From: Candidatus Kaiserbacteria bacterium
GTDB taxonomy: Bacteria; Patescibacteriota; Minisyncoccia; Phycocordibacterales; UBA918
Reading direction: 5' to 3'
DNA: 28,523 bases
Assembly: GCA_023264435.1 (NCBI GenBank)
Contig: JAHFMK010000001.1
Location: 1-28,523 of the forward strand
Positions 16,468 through 25,008 of this stretch are shown one piece after another. Position 1 is the first letter of the stretch. Each line of letters begins with the position of its first letter. Below the pieces are notes generated by a model. It had not been told where the DNA came from. It did no database searches and saw only the letters and a program-made list of their open reading frames with translations. Both the position numbers and the translations under genes were made by a program.

Positions 16468-16908
16468 ATGAAAATACATGAGCTTGGACATGTCGTACTT
16501 TATGTACACGACGTAAAAATATCTGCGAACTTTTACCGTGATACGCTTGGCTTTAATGAGCTCTTTCGTGAAGGACCACTTGCTGGATTTTCATCAGGAC
16601 GAACACATCATGAACTTCTCCTCATTGAAGTTGGTACTACAAAGGAACCTCGTACACATATCGAGCCTGGGCTGTATCATATTGGATTTAAAATTGGTGA
16701 TGGACATGATGCGATACAAGCAGTATGGACTGAGCTTAAAGAAAAGGGTGTGCGTATAATAGGGACAGGAGACCATACGGTTACGGAGAGTATCTACATA
16801 CTCGACCCCGATGAAAATGAGCTTGAACTCTATGCAGATATGGGGGACGCATGGAAGCAAAATCCAAAAGCGATTATGACGCAGACAAAATATCTGAATC
16901 TACAATAA
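16468..16908 (+). CDS. VOC/glyoxalase superfamily protein (catechol-dioxygenase-like)
   Basis: LGHVVLYV..FYRDTLGF, GLYHIGFKI, SIYILDPDENELELY with His/His/Glu metal ligands. Confidence 0.9.
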   Translation: MKIHELGHVVLYVHDVKISANFYRDTLGFNELFREGPLAGFSSGRTHHELLLIEVGTTKEPRTHIEPGLYHIGFKIGDGHDAIQAVWTELKEKGVRIIGTGDHTVTESIYILDPDENELELYADMGDAWKQNPKAIMTQTKYLNLQ

Positions 16909-16918
16909 TCTGATTGAT

Positions 16919-16963
16919 TGATACAAAAAATGTGCGTATTCTATACGCACATTTTTTGTATCA
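16919..16963. terminator. Bidirectional intrinsic terminator (21-bp perfect arms, 3-nt loop) between convergent genes
   Basis: tgatacaaaaaatgtgcgtat-tct-atacgcacattttttgtatca between stops at 16908 (+) and 16976 (-). Confidence 0.85.
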
Positions 16964-16975
16964 TTAATACATACA

Positions 16976-18211
16976 CTATTCATACCGCAATGCTTCAATA
17001 GGGCTTTTCTTTGATGCTTGATGTGCAGGATAAATACCAAATATGAGACCTACAACCACAGACACTCCAACGCCAATAAATGCTCCAAGTACAGGGAATG
17101 TAAATGACCAATTTTCTGCAATGGTGCGAGATAACACCACCGCAGTAATGGCAGAAACCAATGCGCCAAATATAATTCCAATCACTCCCCCAATACCTGT
17201 GAGTATGATTGCTTCGGTGAGAAATTGTCGCAGAATATCTTTGCTTCGTGCACCGAGTGCTTTTCGTAAACCAATTTCTTTGGTACGTTCTGACACAGAA
17301 ACAAGCATAATATTCATAATGCCAATACCACCCACCACCAATGATATCGCAACCACAGCAACCAAAAACGAAGTAAATACGTTCACAATTGTTTCAATAC
17401 GCTTAATAACATCTTCTTGTGTTTGTACATTAAAATCGTCATCTTCACCAAAACCAATATGGTGTGCTTCACGCATGGTGAGCACAATATCATACGCCAT
17501 CTTCAACGCATTCTCAGGTGCATCAGCTTGTATCATCACTTCATTATAGAAATCATTTCCCGTAATGTATGTCTGTGCTGTTGTATATGGAATAACCACC
17601 ATTTTGTTTATGGTTAAGGGCCCTACATCTGAGGTGTTTGTAAAAACACCAACGATTTTAAATTTTTTATCTTTAATTTGAATGTATTCGCCCACAGCAT
17701 TTCCATTACCAAAAACATCTTCTTTGATTGTATCTCCGATAATCGCCACTCGTGCATTTTGATTTATATCATCTTGTGTGAAGAGCGAACCATGTGCTAA
17801 CGTGAGATTAAGCATATCAGAAATAAAATCTGCTGAACCTCCAAATACAAGTGCTCGAAAACGCTGTCCGCGATACTCAATGGGATCAGGAACCATAACT
17901 GATGGTGCAACCATTTTAAGATTTGGGACATTTTCTTTTCGTTTCAGAAGCTCTACATCATGCTTCGTAAGTGAACGTGCAAACAATACATTCGTGATAT
18001 CGGTACTATCCTTACCTGGACGAAGAATCACGGTTTCAGGACCCAGTCCACTCACTTGATCGAGAATGAGTTTTTGTGCTCCTTCACCCAAAGACATAAT
18101 GATGATGATTGCAGAAATACCAATGACAATACCGAGAATAGTAAGTGCCGATCGTGTTAATTGCGAGCTTAATCCTCGAAGTGCTGTAATAAAAATATGT
18201 TTAAATTTCAT
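16976..18211 (-). CDS. MacB/YknZ-type ABC transporter permease
   Basis: RSALTILGIVIGISAII, large extracytoplasmic domain, VGGIGIMNIMLVSVSERTKEIGLRKALGA, QFLTEA, GIYPAHQASKKSPIEALRYE. Confidence 0.95.
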   Translation of the reverse strand: MKFKHIFITALRGLSSQLTRSALTILGIVIGISAIIIIMSLGEGAQKLILDQVSGLGPETVILRPGKDSTDITNVLFARSLTKHDVELLKRKENVPNLKMVAPSVMVPDPIEYRGQRFRALVFGGSADFISDMLNLTLAHGSLFTQDDINQNARVAIIGDTIKEDVFGNGNAVGEYIQIKDKKFKIVGVFTNTSDVGPLTINKMVVIPYTTAQTYITGNDFYNEVMIQADAPENALKMAYDIVLTMREAHHIGFGEDDDFNVQTQEDVIKRIETIVNVFTSFLVAVVAISLVVGGIGIMNIMLVSVSERTKEIGLRKALGARSKDILRQFLTEAIILTGIGGVIGIIFGALVSAITAVVLSRTIAENWSFTFPVLGAFIGVGVSVVVGLIFGIYPAHQASKKSPIEALRYE

Positions 18212-18215
18212 ATTA

Positions 18216-18935
18216 CTATTTCGTAAAATCTTTATTCGCGTTCCTTCTATTCAATATAGGTTTATCACTTTCAATTGCACCATCTACCAAATAAATCATT
18301 CTGTCTGCATGTTCTGCGGTAAATGTTTCATGCGTAATAAGAATAACCGTATGTCCCAATTCATCATGCAATCGCTGTAGCGTTTGCATCACTGCCTGTC
18401 CTGTCTTTGAATCCAAATTCCCTGTTGGTTCATCCGCGAAAATAACCTTTGGCTCATTGACGAGAGCACGTGCAATGGCGGTTCTTTGTTTTTCTCCACC
18501 TGAAAGTTTATTTGTTTCATATCCCAAACGATGGGACATGCCAACAATTTCAACCACCTCCTCAACTCGTTTTTTCCATTCCTGTTCAGGACGACCTGAA
18601 TACAATAATGGTAATTGCACATTCTCAAATACAGTTTGTCTCGGAAGTAAATTAAATGACTGAAATACAAAACCCATTTCTATATTTCGAATACGTGCTA
18701 TTTCATCATCAGTATGCTCCTCAAAACGTCTTCCATTAAATCGATATAATCCCGTGGTTAATTCTGACAAGAATCCAAGAATATGGAGTAATGTTGATTT
18801 ACCTGATCCCGAAGGCCCCATAATAGAAACAAATTCACCCGCCTCAATCGTAAATGATACATCTTTTAAGACAGTAGTATTGATTTCATCACCATAGAAA
18901 GTTTTTTCTAACTTTTCTACCTCAAAAAGACTCAT
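18216..18935 (-). CDS. ABC transporter ATP-binding subunit (MacB/YknY/LolD type)
   Basis: GPSGSGKST, GFVFQSFNLL, LSGGEKQR, IFADEPTGNLD, ILITHE. Confidence 0.96.
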   Translation of the reverse strand: MSLFEVEKLEKTFYGDEINTTVLKDVSFTIEAGEFVSIMGPSGSGKSTLLHILGFLSELTTGLYRFNGRRFEEHTDDEIARIRNIEMGFVFQSFNLLPRQTVFENVQLPLLYSGRPEQEWKKRVEEVVEIVGMSHRLGYETNKLSGGEKQRTAIARALVNEPKVIFADEPTGNLDSKTGQAVMQTLQRLHDELGHTVILITHETFTAEHADRMIYLVDGAIESDKPILNRRNANKDFTK

Positions 18936-18940
18936 ATTAT

Positions 18941-20548
18941 TTAGTTCTGCTTAATTTTTGCAATTGCTTGTTCATTTGCAAACGTTATGATAGGTTCCCC
19001 ACCACTCAGTCCACTTAAAACCTCAGTCATACCATTTGACCCTCGAAGTCCTGTGGTAATTGGCACTTCTGATACTTCGGTTCCATTCTGTATCACACGA
19101 ACAAACTTTCCTTCTTTGTTTTCATAAATAGCCCGTGTTGGAATGGCGATTACATTATGTCGTGTAGCGGTTGTTATCGTAATTTCAGTAGTGAGCCCAT
19201 CCTTGATCATTTCATTTTCCTTATCAAACGCAAGCGTTACCTCAAAAATACGAACCCCCGACACGACGGTAGCATTTGGTGCAACTTTTGTTACCACAGC
19301 AGTAAACGTTTTTCCATCATACGCATCAAACGTAACCACTGCAGTATCTCCAACAGAAACCTCTGCGATATCCACCTCAGAAATATTTACCGTAAGCTCA
19401 AAATCATTTTTTGAGCTTATAGAAAGTACAGGTATGCCTGCGGTAATAATCTGCCCCACATCTGCATTGACCGCAGTGACAACTCCTGCAAAGGGTGCTT
19501 TTATTATTGTATTTTCATATGCAACCTGTGCTTGTGAAAGTGAAGCGTGCATCTGCTCAACCAGAGCACGTTGTGCATTTACTCGTTCGTCACGTGCTGA
19601 ACTTACTACTTGTGTTAATTGAGACTTACTTAGCAGAAATTGAGCTTCCGCTGATTTCACTGCGTTTTCAGCACTTGCGACAGCAAGATTGCGTGTTTCA
19701 ACCACCGCATGATATGCATTCAAATTAGTAAGATAACTACTCGACCGAGTATTAGGAATAGGAATTTCCCATTCTGTTCGTTTCGCAAAATTATCAGGAA
19801 ATTGCAAATATAAACCACGACTACCAATTGGTGATGGTGAAATGGTTGATACCGAATCTGTACCAATCTCCAAACCAGTCACACGATACGATGACCCTGA
19901 AGGGGCATTTGAATCATACAACGCTACTCGATATACACCATCTTCGGTGCCATGATATGTTCCCGTAATGGTAGGACTTACATACGAATATGGAGAATCG
20001 CTTCGTTCATCACTTATCAGATACGCCTGAAGACCAGTTGAACGCAGTGTTTTTTCTGCGTTAGATACAAGCTGATTTTGTTGTGCAATAACATCTGCAA
20101 GGTTTTGTTTTGCATTTTCAAGTAAGGTTTCTACTGAGACCACCGACGATTCTGTCACTGCACGACTCTTATCATCTGCTCCTGAGACTAACTCATGGAG
20201 ACGTGCCTCCTCTGCTTGTAATCTTGACTGTGCCAACAGAATGTCCGTTTTTTGTTGTGTTGCCTCAGTTGTCATAAGTACATCACCTGAACTGACAACA
20301 TCACCTTCATGTACGAGAATGCTCGTAACCTTACCTCCTCGTTCAAACGCAAGATTGACTGCATGTGTGGGTTGCACATATCCTGTTTCTGTAACTTCCT
20401 CAATCACATCGCCATGCTCAACAACACCTGTTTCAACGCCATCGGGCAATGTTTTTGGTCGAGTGTGCATATACCAATACCCCAATCCAATTACTATAAT
20501 ACTTAAAAAAAATGATATATATTTTTTTGAAAGGATATTTTTTTTCAT
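18941..20548 (-). CDS. Membrane-fusion/adaptor protein (MacA/YknX-like) with an extra domain in the helical hairpin (535 aa)
   Basis: TM anchor, lipoyl half (GGKVTSILVHEGDVV), coiled coil, beta-rich insert, coiled coil, IKAPFAGVV, beta-barrel (VNISEVDI..VSVGD..VTFDAY), membrane-proximal domain (IPTRAI..TEVLSGL). Start reassigned to ATG 20548. Confidence 0.9.
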   Translation of the reverse strand: MKKNILSKKYISFFLSIIVIGLGYWYMHTRPKTLPDGVETGVVEHGDVIEEVTETGYVQPTHAVNLAFERGGKVTSILVHEGDVVSSGDVLMTTEATQQKTDILLAQSRLQAEEARLHELVSGADDKSRAVTESSVVSVETLLENAKQNLADVIAQQNQLVSNAEKTLRSTGLQAYLISDERSDSPYSYVSPTITGTYHGTEDGVYRVALYDSNAPSGSSYRVTGLEIGTDSVSTISPSPIGSRGLYLQFPDNFAKRTEWEIPIPNTRSSSYLTNLNAYHAVVETRNLAVASAENAVKSAEAQFLLSKSQLTQVVSSARDERVNAQRALVEQMHASLSQAQVAYENTIIKAPFAGVVTAVNADVGQIITAGIPVLSISSKNDFELTVNISEVDIAEVSVGDTAVVTFDAYDGKTFTAVVTKVAPNATVVSGVRIFEVTLAFDKENEMIKDGLTTEITITTATRHNVIAIPTRAIYENKEGKFVRVIQNGTEVSEVPITTGLRGSNGMTEVLSGLSGGEPIITFANEQAIAKIKQN

Positions 20549-20555
20549 GGAGCGT

Positions 20556-20561
20556 ATTATA
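20556..20561 (-). promoter_or_regulatory. Consensus -10 box (TATAAT) 7 nt before ATG 20548; internal promoter for the ABC module
   Basis: Minus strand reads TATAAT-acgctcc-ATG in the ~80-nt gap after the MFS gene. Confidence 0.55.
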
Positions 20562-20630
20562 TTTGAAAGCAACAAACGTATTCTCTCTCGATATTCATTA
20601 TACTCTGTGCACCACATAATTGAGTAGTGG

Positions 20631-22142
20631 TTATGCACCGATTATCACAGCTTCTACTCTTTTTTTTCTCTTTGTATCACGGAGAAAGAGTGCCACAACA
20701 ACTCCTGATGCCATTACACTCGATGCAATAAGAAATACGGTGCCATACGCAGCAACCTGTGCTTTCAGAATAACAAGTGTGCTCACCATTTGAAGTGTTT
20801 GCGGATCAGTGGTATTGAGAACAGTGTCCTGCCCAATCTGGAGTACATTCGACTCAATGAGATTACTAAGAATTGTACTAAAAAATGCGATACCAACTGC
20901 TCCTGCTATATTACGAACAAGATTGAGTACTGCGGAAGAGACACCAACTTCATTTGCAGGTACTGCATTCGTTGCAGCAGCGGTGAGTGGTGCCATTCCC
21001 AATCCGAGTCCGAGTGCAAAAATAATAAGTGGTATAGTGAGGTCAAGAGACGTAGTCTTGACATCAAGTCCAGAAAATAGATAAATACCGAGGGCTGAAA
21101 TCGCCATACCTGCACCGGCAAGATACCGTAAAGGGACTACCTGCGACAACTTACCTCCGAGCGGCGCAGCGACAAACATTGCAAGTGCCATTGGTACAAA
21201 TAAAAGTCCTGCTTGTGTTGCATCAAATCCTAAATATGTTTGTGCGAACACGGGAATAAGAAACATTGCTCCCATCATGCCTGAAAAAGAAATGAAGGAG
21301 AGTATGAGTACATTTGTAAATACAGGGTTAGAGAATAGTTTCAAATCAACAATTGGATCTTTCTCTCGTTTCTCCACTCTGTAAAATAAAATTGAAAAAA
21401 TAAGTACCACACTATATGCACTTATACTTTCAAATGATACCCATCCCCAGTCTCGGCCACGTTCAAGCACAAGCACGAGTGATGAGAGTACTATGCCCAA
21501 TATGAGTGCCCCTTTATAGTCAAATCCTTTATTCGTATCAACAGGTTTATCATGTGGTAAATACCAAAGTGTCATAAAAATACCAAGAATACCAATTGGT
21601 AAATTGATATAGAAAAGCCACCGCCATGAAAAATTATCAATCAAGGGACCACCTATGAGTGGTCCCAGTGCTGCTGACACGGCAAATGAAGCAGACCAAA
21701 TACCGAGTGCCTGTGTTCGTGCATTTGGGTCAGTAAATGTTCGTGCAATAATCGCCATTGCGGTGGGATATACCGCTGCACCCACCAAGCCTTGCACCAC
21801 CCGAAAAAAGACCATTGATGAGAGATTCCACGCAAGACCTGCAAAAACTGAGATAAACGTAAATCCTACAAAACTCCACAAATAAATTACTCGATTTCCT
21901 AACTTGTCACCCAACTTACCGAACACAGGTACAAAAACCGCGTTTGAAATAATATACGCAGTTGCAATCCATCCTGCACTCGACACTGAAATTTTAAAGT
22001 CATCGATCATGCCTGGCAATCCTAGATTAACCACCGTTCTATCGAGACCAATAAGCAGTGTTCCCACCATAACGGTAATGAGCACGAGCCATGGTGAGTG
22101 TGATGGCTTTGTGGTATCTATTATCGTTGTGTTCTGTGCCAT
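20631..22142 (-). CDS. DHA2 (EmrB/QacA-type) MFS efflux pump
   Basis: LDRTVVNLGLP, GKLGDKLGNR, RVVQGLVG, GPLIGG..SWRWLFYINLPIG, LNLVRNIAGAVGIA; about 14 TM. Confidence 0.95.
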   Translation of the reverse strand: MAQNTTIIDTTKPSHSPWLVLITVMVGTLLIGLDRTVVNLGLPGMIDDFKISVSSAGWIATAYIISNAVFVPVFGKLGDKLGNRVIYLWSFVGFTFISVFAGLAWNLSSMVFFRVVQGLVGAAVYPTAMAIIARTFTDPNARTQALGIWSASFAVSAALGPLIGGPLIDNFSWRWLFYINLPIGILGIFMTLWYLPHDKPVDTNKGFDYKGALILGIVLSSLVLVLERGRDWGWVSFESISAYSVVLIFSILFYRVEKREKDPIVDLKLFSNPVFTNVLILSFISFSGMMGAMFLIPVFAQTYLGFDATQAGLLFVPMALAMFVAAPLGGKLSQVVPLRYLAGAGMAISALGIYLFSGLDVKTTSLDLTIPLIIFALGLGLGMAPLTAAATNAVPANEVGVSSAVLNLVRNIAGAVGIAFFSTILSNLIESNVLQIGQDTVLNTTDPQTLQMVSTLVILKAQVAAYGTVFLIASSVMASGVVVALFLRDTKRKKRVEAVIIGA

Positions 22143-22145
22143 ATA

Positions 22146-22787
22146 TTATTTAATATATATCCATGTACGAGCTGACATACCTGTTTTTAATTCAGGATAT
22201 TTTGAAACATCAAACGATACATAGATATTAAATTTTTTGATTGGACGTTTGTCCGAAATAGAAAATGCAATACCTGTTTCACTTGAAGCAGAGCTAATGT
22301 CATCAACCGTCCCAACATATTCATTTTGAGGAAATGCATCAACAGTAAATTTTACTCGTTGTCCTACTGCTACTTTACTCAGTCCACCAGTTTCTTCTAC
22401 TTGGGCAACCACACGCATCTTCGTATCAGCAATGACAGAGAGTAGAGTTTGTCCAGGAGCATAATACGAACCAATTACTTTTGGTACACCATCAACAACA
22501 CCATCTTCTTTTGCGTACAAAGTCTCCGAACCAACAAGTGCAACTGGTGTACTTTTCTGAACTCGTTCACCATCTTGTACATAGATAGTATTAAGTATTC
22601 CTGGTGCAGAAGGCGTAATGTGGACAATCGGTGCTTCTAGATATGACTTCTCAACAGACACAACGCCTACCGTTGATTGCCAGTAAATATATCCTGCCAA
22701 AGAACCAAAAATCACCACCAGTGCACTTACACTTTGAAACCATGGTGTTCGTATCAGACTTACTTTTTTTTCATTTATATGAGACAT
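22146..22787 (-). CDS. Short EmrA/HlyD-like adaptor lacking the alpha-helical hairpin
   Basis: TM, lipoyl halves joined directly (QDGERVQKSTPVALVG-SET-LYAKEDGVV), beta-barrel (VAVGQRVKFTVDAFP, LKTGMSA). Confidence 0.85.
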   Translation of the reverse strand: MSHINEKKVSLIRTPWFQSVSALVVIFGSLAGYIYWQSTVGVVSVEKSYLEAPIVHITPSAPGILNTIYVQDGERVQKSTPVALVGSETLYAKEDGVVDGVPKVIGSYYAPGQTLLSVIADTKMRVVAQVEETGGLSKVAVGQRVKFTVDAFPQNEYVGTVDDISSASSETGIAFSISDKRPIKKFNIYVSFDVSKYPELKTGMSARTWIYIK

Positions 22788-22803
22788 AGATTTACAATGA
22801 TTA

Positions 22804-24081
22804 TTAGATACTTACTTCATCACCAACTGAAAGACCTGCTACCACCTCAGTATTATCGAGATCATTGATACCAATTGTTACTTCTCGTTCAATAACACCA
22901 CTCGCAGTTTTTAGTTGTACATAATACTTTCCTTCACGCTTATAAATCGCACGATTAGGAATCATCACCGCAACATCTTTGAGAGACATACTTGTTGAGA
23001 GTTCAATTGCAGGAATATTTGGTGTTGCAATTTCTCCGAGTGAAATACGTATCGCAGTGATTTTTCCATCACTCGGTGCCAGAATGCGACGATTATTAAA
23101 TGCTGATTGTGCGATCTGCAATGCCCCACGCGCACTCTCCACTTGTGCCTGTGCCGTTGCAACATCTTCTGGTCGTGCAGATGAAACCACCGATGCAAGA
23201 TTTGCTTCAGCTTGACTGACTGTTGATTGAGCAGTTGCAATTGTCTGATTTTTTGTTTGAAGTGCTGATTGATATGCGGATTCCCTTGTTACATAATCAG
23301 TTGCCTTCTTATTTGGAAGAGAAATTATCCATGTGCGATTTGCACGAGCATCTTTAGGAAATTGAATATACAATCCAGAATTTCCGAGTGGTTGTGGTGT
23401 AATAATAAATGCTGATTCAGTACCCTCAACAAGTCCTGATGTTCGATATGATAAACCTGACTGTGCAGCAGAAGCGTATGTTTTTACTATAATATTCCCC
23501 TCTTTTCCAAGCGTATAACTCCCCGTTATCTTTGGAGCTTCTTCTTCTTCAGTAGAATCAATTTTCTCTGGATAGGCCTGTGGTGACACATTAAGAAGAG
23601 CGGTATACGCATTTTGTACCAATACAGATTGTTGTTGTGTCACTTCCGCCAAATTGACTTTTGCATTTTCAAGTGCTGTGCGTGCAATATCAATAGTTGG
23701 TCCTGTCGCACCATTGAGTACCTTCTGATAATTTGCGTTTGCAATACTCAAGGCTGCCTCTGCCTGCATAATTGGTCCTTGTGTATTTTCCTGATCTAGA
23801 GATGCAAGTACCATATCTTTTTTTACCTCATCACCAACGTGTACCGGAATGTCATCAATACGGCCTCCTGCAAGAAATCCAAGTGAGAGATGTTGTGCAG
23901 ATTTTGGACTCATGTCTTTATTGAGCGAGATACTCCCAGAAGTTGCTCGAATAAATTGCGATACTGAAATACTTGTACGTTGCATATCGTGCAATACATA
24001 GAGAATACCCCCTGCAATAACAAGCGACACCGTAATAACGAGTAATGGTTTATGTAAAAATGCAATAAGTTTTGTTTTCAT
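22804..24081 (-). CDS. HlyD-family adaptor with hairpin insert but lacking the beta-barrel domain
   Basis: TM, GGRIDDIPVHVGDEVKK, coiled coil, beta-rich insert, coiled coil, ILAPSDGKI, then directly IPNRAIY...TEVVAGLSVGD. Confidence 0.85.
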   Translation of the reverse strand: MKTKLIAFLHKPLLVITVSLVIAGGILYVLHDMQRTSISVSQFIRATSGSISLNKDMSPKSAQHLSLGFLAGGRIDDIPVHVGDEVKKDMVLASLDQENTQGPIMQAEAALSIANANYQKVLNGATGPTIDIARTALENAKVNLAEVTQQQSVLVQNAYTALLNVSPQAYPEKIDSTEEEEAPKITGSYTLGKEGNIIVKTYASAAQSGLSYRTSGLVEGTESAFIITPQPLGNSGLYIQFPKDARANRTWIISLPNKKATDYVTRESAYQSALQTKNQTIATAQSTVSQAEANLASVVSSARPEDVATAQAQVESARGALQIAQSAFNNRRILAPSDGKITAIRISLGEIATPNIPAIELSTSMSLKDVAVMIPNRAIYKREGKYYVQLKTASGVIEREVTIGINDLDNTEVVAGLSVGDEVSI

Positions 24082-24083
24082 GA

Positions 24084-24503
24084 TTATGCTTCAATTATAC
24101 GTGCAATAATTCTTTCTAATTCTGCTTTATCGTTCACTGAAAGACACGCAGTTATCTCATCAAGAATTTTTGTTTTTTGTTTTTGTAGTCCATTAATTTG
24201 TTTTTTTGCTTTTTGAGTCAAGCGAATATGCACTACTCTTCGGTCTTCATCATCACGTGTTCTATGAACTAACTCTTGCTTCTCCAACTTCTCAATAAGC
24301 GCGGTTGCTGAAGGTGGCTTGACGTTAAGATGATGTGCAATTGCGTCCATACTCTGGTTCTTTGCTTGTCCCACAAACCACAAAACCTCTAGTTGTGCGA
24401 TGGTTAAATCATGTTTTAGATTATTATCCCGCATACGCTCATTAATCTTGCGTCTTAGATGTAAGAGTAATTCGGGCAAACGTGATGTATTCGTATTATT
24501 CAT
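24084..24503 (-). CDS. MarR family transcriptional regulator
   Basis: LTIAQLEVL, SMDAIAHHLNVKPPSATALIEKLEKQELVHR...DRRVVHIRLT. Confidence 0.95.
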   Translation of the reverse strand: MNNTNTSRLPELLLHLRRKINERMRDNNLKHDLTIAQLEVLWFVGQAKNQSMDAIAHHLNVKPPSATALIEKLEKQELVHRTRDDEDRRVVHIRLTQKAKKQINGLQKQKTKILDEITACLSVNDKAELERIIARIIEA

Positions 24504-24561
24504 AGTTAGTGTGCCTAATAGTTAGGCACACTAACTATATAGGAAATTGAAAATATGTCAA
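24502..24561 (-). promoter_or_regulatory. marR promoter (TTGACA-N16-TATAGT) and 37-bp palindromic operator
   Basis: -35 at 24556-24561 and -10 at 24534-24539 (minus strand); atagttagtgtgcctaa-tag-ttaggcacactaactat (24502-24538) has perfect 17-bp arms. Confidence 0.8.
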
Positions 24562-24606
24562 TACTATATTAACCGTGTAAACACACTTATTGAGTTGTTC
24601 GCACAC

Positions 24607-24996
24607 TTATGAGGTGAATTCTATCTCAAATGGATACATCCCCATGCCACAAGTACCATTGAGTATACCTACCTCGTGCACACCAATGTTTATCTCAGTA
24701 ACACCTGAGGCGGGGAGCGTACTGCTTATGTCCATACTTGGAATACGCACCGATGCCGAACAATCGAACGTACCATTTGTATTAAAACGGACAATCGTAG
24801 GGATACCTGCTTTGGCAGTACTCTTTCGCGGAAGATATCCTCCCTTTGCGGTAACATCAACAATTTGTGTACCATTAACAATCGATACATTATTTTGAGG
24901 AACGTGAACAGCGGTATTCGTAGCATTCTTTGAAAAAAATAATGCTCCACCGATGAGAAAGAGTGCGATAATAATTGAAATTATAGTTATTTTCAT
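24607..24996 (-). CDS. Membrane-anchored cupredoxin-domain protein
   Basis: TM anchor; GGYLP..TAKAGIPTIVRF, FDCSAS, GTCGMGMY C-terminal Cys/Met motif typical of cupredoxins found beside Cu-ATPases. Confidence 0.85.
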   Translation of the reverse strand: MKITIISIIIALFLIGGALFFSKNATNTAVHVPQNNVSIVNGTQIVDVTAKGGYLPRKSTAKAGIPTIVRFNTNGTFDCSASVRIPSMDISSTLPASGVTEINIGVHEVGILNGTCGMGMYPFEIEFTS

Positions 24997-25002
24997 AGAA
25001 TG

Positions 25003-25008
25003 ATTATA
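25003..25008 (-). promoter_or_regulatory. Consensus -10 box (TATAAT) 6 nt before ATG 24996
   Basis: Minus strand reads TAG(stop)-TATAAT-cattct-ATG. Confidence 0.5.

Noticed and set aside
14822-16963. Long palindromes as integron attC sites or IS/MITE ends
   Set aside because: No GTTRRRY/RYYYAAC boxes or extrahelical bases, no integrase or transposase, and no target-site duplication flanking the block; terminator function explains most of the structure.
4593-20638. Longest-ORF starts at 5357, 6138, 8512, 8988, 12583, 16020 and 20638
   Set aside because: Their N-terminal extensions overlap neighbouring genes or look non-coding. Downstream ATGs give clean coupling, signal peptides or -10 spacing.
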